A stretch of 63,833 nt of DNA, the filler included, from Octopus bimaculoides (lineage: Eukaryota): NCBI RefSeq assembly GCF_001194135.2. It is 6 parts of 6 records of this genome, joined end to end, with 100 filler letters (N's around TTAATTAATTAA, not from the genome) between each part and the next. Parts side by side here need not be neighbours in the genome. Positions count along the whole stretch, not along the records: positions 1 to 31,158 come from NC_069004.1; 5 more parts are not named here. One strand, written 5' to 3'. Each line of letters opens with the position of its first letter. Position 1 is the stretch's first letter. Below, one piece after another: positions 1 through 11,429 of the stretch. The notes beneath the pieces are model-generated. The model had not been told where the DNA came from, ran no database searches, and saw only the letters and a program-made list of their open reading frames with translations. A program made the position numbers and the translations under genes.

Positions 1-39
<39 letters not shown>

Positions 40-60
40 AATATATACAGGATTTAAAAA

Positions 61-146
61 GACCTACTAATAGTTTCATGCCATAGAGACAATAATTTGG
101 CAGATTTATATAACATACCATTATCTCCAAGCATTCCTTCAGGCTC
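61..146 (-). ncRNA. Minimal type-I hammerhead ribozyme motif, slightly degenerate, in the 3' region of a Penelope-like element
   Basis: Minus strand: GAGC-CTGAAGGA-ATGC..long hairpin (GGAGATAAT/ATTGTCTCT, TGGTA/TGCCA)..GCAT-GAAA-CTATTAG-TA-GGTC. Stem I has one mismatch; the core has one extra nt. Confidence 0.6.
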
Positions 147-376
147 AGTGATACTGTCGGTCCTATTTAAAAACCAGGACACTGGCCTTTGAAAAAACAT
201 GAGCAAAGATAAGAAGGTAAATGAGAAGAAGGTTGCTGCAAAAAGTGGAATGAGGAGAGAAGAAAAGTATGGAAACTAAGATCTGCATCCTCTTTGTTTC
301 TACAAGAAATCATAATTTATTTTGCTGGTGTAGAATAATATAATAGAGAGGAGGTCACAGTCTGTGAGCTAGCTAC

Positions 377-950
377 TCACTCTGGAGAGAACGGTGTCCT
401 CCAGTTTGGCAAAAGAAATTTGTTCATGTGCTTGCATTTGCTGAAGATTTTGGATCTGGATTTAAATACTGTGGTGGAATTGTTGGATTTAAAAAGAATG
501 AGAAATCTTTCAGCAATACACACTTCGCCTTTATTTGATCCATTTGTATATGGTGTAGATTTCATCATAGTTCTCCACTTGATTGCCTGTAGTGGGCAGT
601 TGGTCTTCAGATCTCATACAGGGCTAGCCAACTTAGTGGCTTCATTTTTACCAATGTGTCAAAAAGAAGACTCGTGGTTTGCATAATGGCTTTTAAAATT
701 ACCTTCACACAAACTAATTTAATTTTTCCTCACAATTACTTTGTCTTGGAGTATTGTATTGACTTTGGCTTCATAAACAACTGAATTTATCAAATATGTC
801 CTTGATCAGACACACTTGAGGCAGATAGCTGCACTGTCAAAAACTGGTTTAGGAATTTAACGGATAAGCATAAATCCAGATTTAAAGATTTTATATTGTA
901 GATTTTTATCCCTTGATATCAAGATTGTTATTGGATAAGGTGAGATCTAT
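377..950 (-). mobile_element. Penelope-like retroelement remnant: C-terminal GIY-YIG endonuclease region
   Basis: Minus translation ..VYEAKV..ISLCEGNFKSHYANHESSF*H..IKWRTMMKSTPYTNGSNKGEVCIAERFLIL..RSKIFSKCKHMNKFLL fits the PLE pattern YIG..FK.RY..H..SF..IKW..C..C..EK..I..CRH.NKFLL. Contains stops and frameshifts. Confidence 0.8.
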
Positions 951-953
951 ATT

Positions 954-1467
954 TTGCTTCTGATATATCTTCACCCTTTATGTTCTCTCCTTTCTCCACT
1001 CCTCTTTCTTCTCCCCTCCTCTTCCATCCTCTCCTTCATCTCTATCTGTTCCCCTCCTCTCCCCTTCCCACTCTCTCCTCTCCTCTCTTGCCTTTCTCTT
1101 CTTTTTCTTCTCCCCTCCTCTCACTCCTCTCCCATCACTTCTCCCATCATCTCTCCCTCCCCTCCACTGTATTCTCTCTTTTTTTCCTGTTTACCTCTAT
1201 CCCTACTATTCTGTTCTTTCAGAATGTTCTATCATCACAACCTCCATACTCCTACACTTTTTCTTAATAATATAATTCTTTGTTGTTGTCTCTCTCTCTC
1301 TCTCTCTCTTCCTTCATGATTATCTGTTTGTCAACTGTCTGCCTGTCTCCCTCCCTCTGCCTTTTCCCCCTTCTCTCCACCATACCCTATCACATTTTCT
1401 CTCTTTACCCCTCACATTCACTGCATTGCATTACCCTTTCTCCTTTCTTTCTTTCGCATATTACATC

Positions 1468-1518
<51 letters not shown>

Positions 1519-1520
1519 TT
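954..1520. repeat. Pyrimidine-rich low complexity plus (CT)n and (CA)n microsatellites
   Basis: Direct sequence; explains the S/L/P-rich spurious ORFs. Confidence 0.9.
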
Positions 1521-1765
1521 TATCTCTTTTGCAAACACAGTTTCATCCCTCCACACAGCATATCATATTACATCACACACACTCACTATTGCTTCACCTG
1601 CTAAGAATAACAGCCAAATGTCCTTCATCTCACACCTCAATGTTTCAGAAAACGACACACTGGTACACATGTCATACTTTTCTTGCATATTGTAATAAGA
1701 CAGGTTGGCCACAGTTGGAGTGCCTTTGATAAGACAGCAGTCTGCTTGAGGTTAAACAGCCACTG

Positions 1766-1877
1766 CTATGTTAAGGGTAACATATCTGTGGAGTGCTCAG
1801 CACATTAATTTCCCGAGCAGGCTGTTCTGTTGATCGGATCAACTGGAACCCTCGTCGTTGTAACTGATGGAGTGCCA
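1766..1877 (+). mobile_element. 3' fragment of SINE family D
   Basis: Matches the 3' part of the 45149-45543 copy (gagcaggctgttc.gttgatcggatcaactggaaccctcg). Confidence 0.8.
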
Positions 1878-2310
1878 TGATATATATATATATATATATA
1901 TATTTATAGCCAGTCTTACCAATCAGTTTCAGGCTGGGGGTTCAACAGAATGTTAGGTAACATATGTATAACATACTAGCAGAGATACCCAGCATTACTA
2001 AGGATTAAACGGCATAGTTTGTATGTATATATTACATTCATGTTGAAGCAGGTGATACAGGAAAGTGCAGCATCGATAACAAAACATTTGTGGAGTAAAT
2101 TATTTAAGCTTTGCATAAATGACAATTTGAGTTTAGCACACTAATTTGGACAGAATTATCATTTTTATAAGAATGGGATGGATCGTATCTGAAAACAACT
2201 CCAGGTGTTGTGAAGAACGAATTTGTACATGGTTTGTTTTGGAGAGCTATTCCATTAGATCTCTGTGTCATCTGGCATGCTAAATGTTGTTTTAATGATT
2301 TGGCATTAAG

Positions 2311-2760
2311 TGCTGCAGCATGCCTTTGCTGATCTTGAGGGTCTCATCTCCCTTCTGTCTTGGGACTCCATTTGATGTGCTGCAGCATGCCTTTGCTGAT
2401 CTTGAGGGTTTCATCTCCCTTCTGTCTTGGGACTCCATTTGATGTGCTGCANNNNNNNNNNTCCCTTCTGTCTTGGGACTCCATTTGATGTGCTGCAGCA
2501 TGCCTTTACTGATCTTGAGGGTTTCATCTCCCTTCTGTCTTGGGACTCCATTTGATGTGCTGCAGCATGCTTTGCTGATGTTGAGAAAGTCTCCTCTCCC
2601 TTCTCTCTTGAGACTACATCTCTTTGATATGCTGCAGCATGTGTTTGGTGATCTTTGGAAAGTGTCTTATCTCCTCTGTATTGAAACTCCATCTGATATG
2701 CTGCAAGCGTGCTTTTGCTAATCTTGAGAAAGTGTCATGTCCCTTGTCTCTTGAGACTCT
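2311..2760. repeat. 67-bp minisatellite, about 7 copies, degenerating rightwards
   Basis: TGCTGCAGCA starts at 2311, 2378, 2445, (gap) 2491, 2558; diverged copies at about 2630 and 2699. Confidence 0.95.
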
Positions 2761-3362
2761 TGCCTTCGATTTTCTGAATCCTCCTAGTTTGATAGGTGTT
2801 TCTGGAGAGATTATGTTTTTTTTTAGTGGCGTATTTTTGTCAATGTTTTAAACCAAAAATTATGAACATAGAAAAAATATACATTAATCTCTATTTTTGT
2901 AAGTAGTTGTATGTATGTAGTATGTCTATATTTTTGTATGCAGTGTAAAATGACCAAATATAAGCAAATTGTAAATACCTTGCAACTGCTGCAATAATTA
3001 TGAACTGTTAATTGAACGGTAGATGTGTATTTTTATATACCTTGGATCTGTCACATAATTGGTTTTTGTGAAGAGTCTCACCTCCAGCCGTTCTCATCAC
3101 ATATGTATATGCATGTGTAGATGTATGTGTGTGTTTAATAATGTATGAAATGGGTGTGCAAACACATATACACTCACCGACACATATAGATTCATACACA
3201 AAATGTGACAATACGCATACATGCACTCTCCCATACAGTCACATACATATAATACATTACAATATAGATCTAATTTTTTCACTTTTGACATGTAATACTG
3301 AACCAATCTAAAAGATTGTTCTGGGCTCGCATTAGGCAAGAAGTTGAAAACTTTTTTGTTCC

Positions 3363-3490
3363 ATGACACCCCATGGACCCTAAGTAATGCATGTGTAAAA
3401 TTTGAATGAAATCGGTTGGGTAGTTCTTGAGTTTTAGAGATTCACACATACAGACAGACACAAACACACACATTCTCAGTTTATATATAT
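3363..3490 (-). mobile_element. DINE/Helentron-like non-autonomous fragment
   Basis: aaatttgaatgaaatcggttgggtagttcttgag..cagacagacacaaacac resembles the DINE-1/HINE core plus microsatellite architecture. Confidence 0.35.
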
Positions 3491-3724
3491 ATATANNNNN
3501 NNNNNNNNNNNNNNNNNNNNNNNNNNNNNNNNNNNNNNNNNNNNNNNNNNNNNNNNNNNNNNNNNNNNNNNNNNATAATAATAATATAGATTTAATCAAA
3601 AGATTAAATGTGGTACTTAAAATGCTTGAGGCACCAGAATTTGGTAGGATAAAAACCAAAAACAAAATCAAGAGATTTGGTGAATAAAATTTGAAGTTAA
3701 GCAACAAAAATTCAATAGGTTATA

Positions 3725-3810
3725 GCAGTACGTACGTTTCGTACAAGCTCCATTTATTCATGTAGTGAGAACACTACAGAAAATACAATGAAAATGTACT
3801 CCTCAGCTGC
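3725..3810 (-). ncRNA. Intact-looking minimal type-I hammerhead ribozyme
   Basis: Minus: GCAG-CTGAGGA-GTACA..[TTCATT/AATGGA, TATT/AATA, TGTAGTG-ttct-CACTACA]..TGTAC-GAAA-C-GTAC-G-TA-CTGC. Full CUGANGA/GAAA core, stem I GCAG/CTGC, palindromic GUAC loop III, GUA site (cut 3729/3728). Confidence 0.88.
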
Positions 3811-4061
3811 ATAATGGAATTTCATTTTAGAAAGTCGTTTTGAAGATGTTTGCAAAAAACAAGAGTAAGAGAAGAAAACACATCTCGACTATGCTGCTGT
3901 TTCACAGACAAGTAAAACAGCAATACTTTTGGTTGTTTTCCAACATTCGGATCCATAGGAGGATACTAAGTATGCTTTGCTAAAATCGTATTTTGGTACT
4001 CTTCCCGAGTATTGCTGATTTCCATATCACAAACTACAGAAACAATAAGAAACAATGATAT

Positions 4062-4285
4062 ATCATCATCATCATTTAACATCCGCTTTCCATGCTAGCA
4101 TGGGTTGGACGATTTGACTGAGGACTGGTGGACCAGGTGGCTACACCAGGCTCCAATCTGATTTGGCTGAGTTTCTTCAGCTGGATGCCCTTCCTAATGC
4201 CAACCACTCTGAGAGAGTAGTGGGTGCTTTTACGTACCACTGGCACGAAGGCCAGTCAGGCAGTACTGGCAATAGCTACGCTCAA
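4062..4285 (-). mobile_element. SINE family B ((GAT)n tail)
   Basis: catcatttaacatccgctttccatgctagcatgggttggacg..gatgcccttcctaatgccaaccact; near-identical to copies at 30.2, 43.1, 48.4 and 52.4 kb. Confidence 0.9.
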
Positions 4286-4319
4286 TATATATCATATAAC
4301 ATATAACTATAACATATAC

Positions 4320-4791
4320 ACCCTTTATAATATGCTGTAGTATATATACCTCCTATAATGCAATATAGCTCATACACCTTCTATAATGTACTATAGCATA
4401 TATATATTTTTAATGTACTATAATATAAACATTATCTCTAATGTACTATTTCACATACTTTCCACAATGTACTATACCAAATACACATTTTCGTAATGTA
4501 CAATAATGCATACAACTTATATACTCATTCATGTGCACTTCTATAATGTTTTATTCACCCCACCACACTTTCTATAATGTACTATAAACTATAGCACACA
4601 GACACACACTATCTGTAATGTATTATATGACACATCTATAATGACCTACAAAAACACGCACGTACCTTTATAATGTTCTATTCCACACACACCTTCTATA
4701 ATGTATAAAACTACATATATATATATACACACTTTCTACAATGTACTAAATGTATATACACATACATACACATATCTCCATAATGTTCTAT

Positions 4792-4836
<45 letters not shown>

Positions 4837-4846
4837 NNNNNNNNNN

Positions 4847-4888
<42 letters not shown>

Positions 4889-5428
4889 TTTATGATGTAT
4901 TGTACCAAACCCGCCCACATACACACACATACTTTCGTAATGTACGCTTTCACACACTCATTCATAATATACAAGACTATACATTTACATACTTTCTGTA
5001 ATGTACTGTAACGCACACACACGTTTTCTTTAATGTATTACACCTCACCACCATGCACACACATACATACACACACACAAACACACACACTCCTTCATAA
5101 TGTACTATGACACACACACACCTTCATAATGTACTATTCTCTCCACACACCTCTATAAAGTACTAAACACGCACACACACTTTCATAACATACTCTAAAA
5201 CACACACACACATTCATAATGTACTATCCCACACAAACGTATCTTCTATAATGCACTATACCATGTACACACACATACATACATACACACACATGCATAC
5301 ACACACAGAGATATATGCACACATTCATAATGTTCTGCATACACACATCTATTCTATAATATATACCACACACACATACACATTAATAATGTATTGCACA
5401 CATACCTTCTATAAGGTATTATATTTCA

Positions 5429-5481
<53 letters not shown>

Positions 5482-5550
5482 ACACATTTATAATGTAGTA
5501 TAATACATACATAAGCAGACATAGACACACCTTCATAATGTACTACCGCG
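4320..5550. repeat. Composite minisatellite: core TTCTATAATGTACTAT separated by variable (CA)/(TA)-rich spacers, roughly 30 units
   Basis: Recurrent ctataatgtacta / cataatgtacta cores every 25-60 bp. Confidence 0.85.
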
Positions 5551-5934
5551 TGCACACACCTTCAGTAATTGTACCTCAATTTCTATATATTTATTCAATT
5601 CTTTTATCAACTTTTCCTCAAATCACTTTTGTTGAAAAATCTTTTCCTGATTGTCAAAGAATACGAAGAATATTGAGAAATATTGATAGAACTGGAACAA
5701 AATTTTCATTTCCCCTCAAGTTTTAGTCCCCAATATCTTTGCCTATCATATATGCACGTAATCCCCCCCCCACACACACACACTCAATAAATATTCTGTA
5801 TACAATGGTTTCTTTTTTAGCTTCACCATCAATCTAACCACCCACTTACTCTAATCATCTTGCTATCATCATCCATCTGCTATTTTTTTGGTGTATTTTT
5901 TTAAAACTTTGCTTTCTCTTTTTATCAATTTATG

Positions 5935-6061
5935 TTTGAATTATTATTATTATTATTATAATTATTGCTATTATTTTTGTTGCTGATGTTATTATTGTTA
6001 GTATTATCAGTATTGATATTTCTATTATTATTGTCATCATCACCACCACCACCACCCCAAC

Positions 6062-6099
<38 letters not shown>

Positions 6100-6177
6100 C
6101 TTCTGTTTTATTATTAATATTTCTATTATTGTTGCTGTATTGTCACAGTCATCATCACCATTATTATTATTATTATT

Positions 6178-6242
<65 letters not shown>

Positions 6243-6316
6243 CATCATCATCATCATCATCATTATTATTGTTATTATTATTATTATAATTATCATTATT
6301 ATTGTTGTTGTTATTG

Positions 6317-6360
<44 letters not shown>

Positions 6361-6365
6361 GTTAT
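5935..6365. repeat. (ATT)n/(ATC)n/(GTT)n trinucleotide array
   Basis: Direct sequence. Confidence 0.95.
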
Positions 6366-6899
6366 TGTTACTGTGTTATTGCCAGGAAGTTGAAATGAGA
6401 AAAAGAACTCAACGGAAAATTTCCTTACCTCACCCACTTAGTAATAAATGAATAAATAAATAGATGAATAAATAAATTGTAAAAAAAATTAACAACAACA
6501 ACAAATAATGAAAGAAAAAGAAACAAGAAAAAGTTACTCTCATCAAGTAAAAACACAAAAAAGAATAAAAAATCTCTGAGATTGTATTATTTAAAATCAA
6601 CTTACTGTTGTTAACTACTACTACTACTACTACTACTAATAATAATAATAATAATAACAATAATAATAATAATAATAATAATAAAATTTTCTTTATTGGC
6701 CACAAGGGCTGAACACAAAACAAAAGGGACAATACGACACAAGGAACAAGTGGGGCTTGGCACAATGTTGTGTATGATATAAATAATTACAAATATAATT
6801 AAACAATAAAAATTCCCCGATAGGTGGGGAGTTCTTCACAGGGCTAACCGAAGAACCCCACACATCCCGGTTACCCCAACCACCAGGTGTACCTCAGCA

Positions 6900-7070
6900 A
6901 GGGCAGCAATTTGGAGAAGGGGACGAGTCAATTACATCGACCCCTGTATTCAACTGTTACTTATTTTATCAACCCTGAAAGGATGAAAGATAAAGTCAAC
7001 CTCGGCAGAATTGGAGCTTAGAGCATACAGATGTACGAAATGCCGCTAATGATTCAGCCAGCTCACTGCT

Positions 7071-7105
<35 letters not shown>

Positions 7106-7291
7106 CATTTCTACTATAGGCACAAGGCCTGAAATTTTGGGGGAGGGGGTCTAGTCGATTACATTGACCCCAGTGTTTCACTGGTACTTAATTTGTCGAC
7201 CTCGGCGAAATTTGAACTCAGAATGTAAGAACGGATGAAATGCCACTAAGCATTTCACCCAGCATGCTAACGTTTCTGCCAGCTCACCGCA
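6900..7291 (-). mobile_element. Two tandem SINE family A copies (tRNA-derived head, (ATT)n tail)
   Basis: Family core gaaaggatgaaaggcaaagtcgacctc (partly deleted in the second copy), B-box-like GAGTTCAAAT on minus, AAT run at 7075-7105. Confidence 0.85.
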
Positions 7292-7326
<35 letters not shown>

Positions 7327-7609
7327 GATGATAATAATAAAAGTGTTGCTAGATTCCGCACACATTTTATGCCGTGTACTCTCCATGAGATGAGGACCTG
7401 CTGTGACCCTAGGGTCAAGGGATGACCCCGGTTCAGCAGAAGACAATGGACCATATTTTATTTTTAAAAAAAAATTATAATAATAATCCTTTCTACTATA
7501 GGCATCAACTCCAGAACTTTTTTTTTTAAAGCCTTGTACTTATTCTAGCATTCTCTTTTGGTGAACCACTAAATTACAGGGACATAACCATACCAACACC
7601 AGCTGTCAA

Positions 7610-7850
7610 GCAGTGGTGGTGGAGGAGACAAACATAGACACACACACACGCACACAAATACACAAATACACACACAAATACACACACATACACACACAGA
7701 TACACACACACGCACACATACACACGCACATACACGTAGACACAGACACACACACATATGACAAGCTTCATCCAGTTTCCGTCTACCAAATCGACTCACA
7801 AGGCTTTGCTCGAGACTATAGCAGAAGACACTTGGCCAAGGTGCCATAGA
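7610..7850 (-). mobile_element. SINE family C (tRNA head, CORE-like ttgggcaagtgtctt)
   Basis: tttccgtctaccaaatcgactcacaaggctttgctcgagactatagcagaagacacttggccaaggtgcca. Confidence 0.8.
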
Positions 7851-8019
7851 GTGGTATATTCCCTTATTGGGACTGTCACGTTAAGTTGGCAGTATACAAC
7901 TACTTGATTGTATTGTCATTCGGAAGAAATTGTTCCACTTCACATATTTTCTTTTTGGTATATATTGTGTGTTATTTACCTTTGATTTTTTAATTCTTTC
8001 TCCCTTTTTTATTTTCACC

Positions 8020-8760
8020 AACTGTTTGGGAATTTTTATCCTTAATTATTATTTCTGTCATGTCACATGATAAAAATGTAATCCTACAAGTTGGTACTGT
8101 TAAGAGCCAAGATATTTGCTCATCTACTTCTGATACTGGGTCTAAAGATATTCCCTTTGCCATCTTCAGAGTTTTGGTTGGTGATGTTCTGGAAAACTGG
8201 TGTTTGTGCTTTTTGCTGTTATGGTTGATTTTCATTTTTTTCATTATTTTCATTTTCCTTTTGTTTTTCCCTAATTTTCTCAGCTTTTCTGGGCAGTCAG
8301 CTTTAAGGTGTATTTTACTCCAACAAATGTAACAACTAAGAATTTTTTTCTGTATCATTAATCTCATGCACTTTGTCCTGGTGCCTTTTATGAGGCACAG
8401 TTCTGGTATGGCTCTGTGGCCTTAGAATATTATTAGGATTTGTGAATCCTTTTTGATGCTCACTGATCATAAGTCACCTTTCATAAACCCTGCCTTGACC
8501 ATTCTCTCATATCCATTCTATGATACAAATATAACCCCTAGTCAAAAATCTCCATCATTTTTTATGTTTCTCATTGTGACTCTGAATCACCAACATATAG
8601 TGAGACAAATATCTAACAGGTTCAGCTTATGTTTTGGCTGTGTTTTCAGTTTGGAAAGTACTGCATTCAGTGCCATGCTTTTCACCTTTTCAGGACAGAA
8701 AATATCTCTGGATGTGTCCTGGGGAGCCTGTGGTACTACTTGAAGTGAGGAAAAATTTAA
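8020..8760 (-). mobile_element. Decayed gag-like retroelement fragment with CCHC zinc knuckle
   Basis: CYICWSKIHLKADC (Cx2Cx4Hx4C) at 8293-8334; upstream frame HQDKVHEINDTEK joins through a frameshift in an A run; several stops. Confidence 0.5.
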
Positions 8761-9288
8761 TCTGATTCCATCTTTTTTTGTCAACAAAGATATATAATTT
8801 TTCTCTCTGACATCTTCTGGATTATTTCTTCTAGCAAAGCAATGCTATTCAGCTTTATAAAATTCCCCCACCTACATATTTTTCTCATAAATGTGATAGC
8901 TCTAAAAATTCCATTAGTTCATTTTGTATTGAAGGAAATTTAGCCTTCACACAACTGTAATATGAATGAGCTGCAGTATTTGACTTCATGTAAGAATCAC
9001 TCCTGCTGTTGTTGTTGTTATTACTGTTGCTGTCTTCAAGATAAGCTTATTTGAGTATTTGGAACATTTTCTTCCATGTTTATGAAACTGTTGCTTATTT
9101 TATTCTTCTTGTGCATTTTAATTGTGTTTTAGCTTTGTGTTTCTTTTTTTATTTTTTGCTGCCATTGTAGTGTTGGTCTTGTTGCATAATTATGTGTGGT
9201 AGCCATTTTGGATGAGAAAATGTAATGTGTATGAATAAAATTTGAAAAGTTTATGAATCATACCTCTCTTTCTATTGTCTGCTTGCAG

Positions 9289-9362
9289 ATATCAAGGGCA
9301 GCCCTTCAATTATCGACAATTATAGTTCTTTTTACGTGTACTCCAATGAAAACTTTTATTCG
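9289..9362 (+). CDS. Candidate internal exon (74 nt), unknown gene
   Basis: ctctttctattgtctgcttgcag|ATATC..TATTCG|gtaatg. Two open frames (DIKGSPSIIDNYSSFYVYSNENFYS or ISRAALQLSTIIVLFTCTPMKTFIR); three CpGs kept in a CpG-poor region. Confidence 0.35.
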
Positions 9363-9440
9363 GTAATGCTTGAAATGATATTTCAATGCCAAAGTGAAAA
9401 AACAAAAAACAAACCCATATTCACATTACAAGAATCAAAC

Positions 9441-9454
<14 letters not shown>

Positions 9455-9487
<33 letters not shown>

Positions 9488-9673
9488 TCTTTCTTCTATA
9501 GGAACAGGGCTTGAAATTTTGAGGGGTAGGGGCAGGTTGATTNNNNNNNNNNTGCTCAATTGGTACTTATTTCATCAAAATCAAAAGGATGACAGCTAAA
9601 GTTGACCTTAGTGGAATTTGAACTCAGAACATAAGTCTGGATGAAATGCCACTAAGCATTCAGCCAGCTTACC
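9455..9673 (-). mobile_element. SINE family A
   Basis: AAT tail plus family core; contains a 10-N gap. Confidence 0.8.
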
Positions 9674-9674
9674 T

Positions 9675-9705
<31 letters not shown>

Positions 9706-9731
9706 GAAGAAGAAGAGGAATAGTAATAGTA

Positions 9732-9765
<34 letters not shown>

Positions 9766-10020
9766 TGATGAACTCTCCTGTAGAAGACAATGTATATGTA
9801 TTCAGCTTTTTGCCGAATGACCTGCACAAATGATTTGTTTATAATGTTAAATGTATGTGCTGTACATTAAGCTGACTCTCTCCATCAAATTGACATTACC
9901 TGAATAGGTGTACAGTGTACCACGTGTCATATATGATAATAATGATGATAATGAAAATAATAATAATAATAATAATAATAATATAGAAAGGATTGAGGTA
10001 TTTTAATAATAATAATAATA

Positions 10021-10054
<34 letters not shown>

Positions 10055-11086
10055 CAAATTTTTGCCACAAGGGCAGCTTGGGAGTGGGTGGTGATGGTGG
10101 TGGTGGTGATGATGATGATGAGGAGGAGGAGGAGGAGCCATACCTACAAACATTAAACATGCCACACAAAAGTTTACAAAACATGTGGTGGTGGTGGTGG
10201 TGGTGTGTGTGTGTGTGTGAGTTTCTGTGGTGGGGGTGGATAACACATCATTCTCTCTGTCATCACTCCCTTTTCTGTTCACCCTCTCTCTGTTACATTT
10301 GCTTTGAATCAACTGAAACAATGAATAATAATGAGAAGCTCTTGGTCTTGCCAAGTAGAAGGCAACCCCTCCAGTGCTGGTGCCACAATAAAATGCTCTC
10401 AATACTCTACATAAAGTACTTGGCATAAGGAAGGGTATTTCCCATTACAAAAATAGAACATACAAGTGGGAAGTGGTCCAGAAACCTGTCCAGAAGGGCA
10501 GTAACTCCATGCAAGAATCCTCACAAACTTGGTTTGTGATGACCTTTACAACCATAGAAAGCAGATGTAAAATTGATGTTGGTTGTGGTGGTGGTGGTGG
10601 TGGTGACAATAATGATGGTAGTAATGATAATGATGTTAACGGCAATGACAATGACGACTACAGCAAGGATAAGGATGATGATGATGATGGTGATGGTGGT
10701 AGTGGTGATCAAACAGTGGGGTGGAGCAAAAACATAACATGGTATTTTAAAACAAATTTGGTACAAAAAACAAACAAACAAGAGCAATCTACTCCCACAA
10801 GGGCAAGAAGCCATTGTGTTGATAGGACAGCGCACAACTTTCATAACCTTTGGCTCCTGAAAAGTCCAACAGCCTAGGAAAGGTGATCACTCATCTGTTG
10901 ATACAATGGCTAATGTCTGCTGACGAGGTCTTTAACAACGATCTAACCTAACCTGTAAGGGTGCCTGTATACACTCCTTATATTTTCTTCAGTCAGCATA
11001 AATTTGTTCCTTTGTAGGTTCACAATCAGATCAGTGAAGTTTTAGTTTTTCCTTTGAATGACCATGATGTTCAGATACTCCAGATT

Positions 11087-11420
11087 AGGTACCTTTTCAT
11101 GAACTTGCCTTTCTCTGAGGGTGCTTTTTCCTGAGGGTACCTTTTCATAATAACCTTTCTCTGAGGGTACCTTTTCCTGAGGGTGCTTTCCCATGAGGTT
11201 GCCTTTTCCTGAAGGTGCCTTTTCCTGAGGGTACCTTTTCCTGAGGGTAATTTTTCATAGGTACCTTTCTCTGAGGGTACCTTTTCATAGGCACCTTTCC
11301 CTGAGAGTACCGTTTCATGAAGGTACCTTTTTATGAGGGTACTTTTTCATTGGTATCTTTTCATAAGGGTACCTTTTCCTGAGGGTAATTTTTCCTAGTT
11401 ACCTTTTCATGAGGAACTTC
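11087..11420. repeat. 16-17 bp minisatellite (CTGAGGGTACCTTTTC), about 20 copies
   Basis: Direct sequence. Confidence 0.92.
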
Positions 11421-11429
11421 CTGCTTTTT

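Noticed and set aside
377-700. In-frame TGA codons in the PLE remnant as selenocysteine recoding
   Set aside because: They fall where Arg (CGA) and Trp (TGG) are expected, and the fragment is also frameshifted: ordinary decay.
4320-5550. CRISPR array
   Set aside because: Eukaryotic context, degenerate repeats, low-complexity spacers, no cas genes.
7398-7439. GC-rich hairpin CTGCTG..GGGTCA/TGACCC..CAGCAG as a miRNA or ribozyme
   Set aside because: Too short and interrupted; no recognisable catalytic core.
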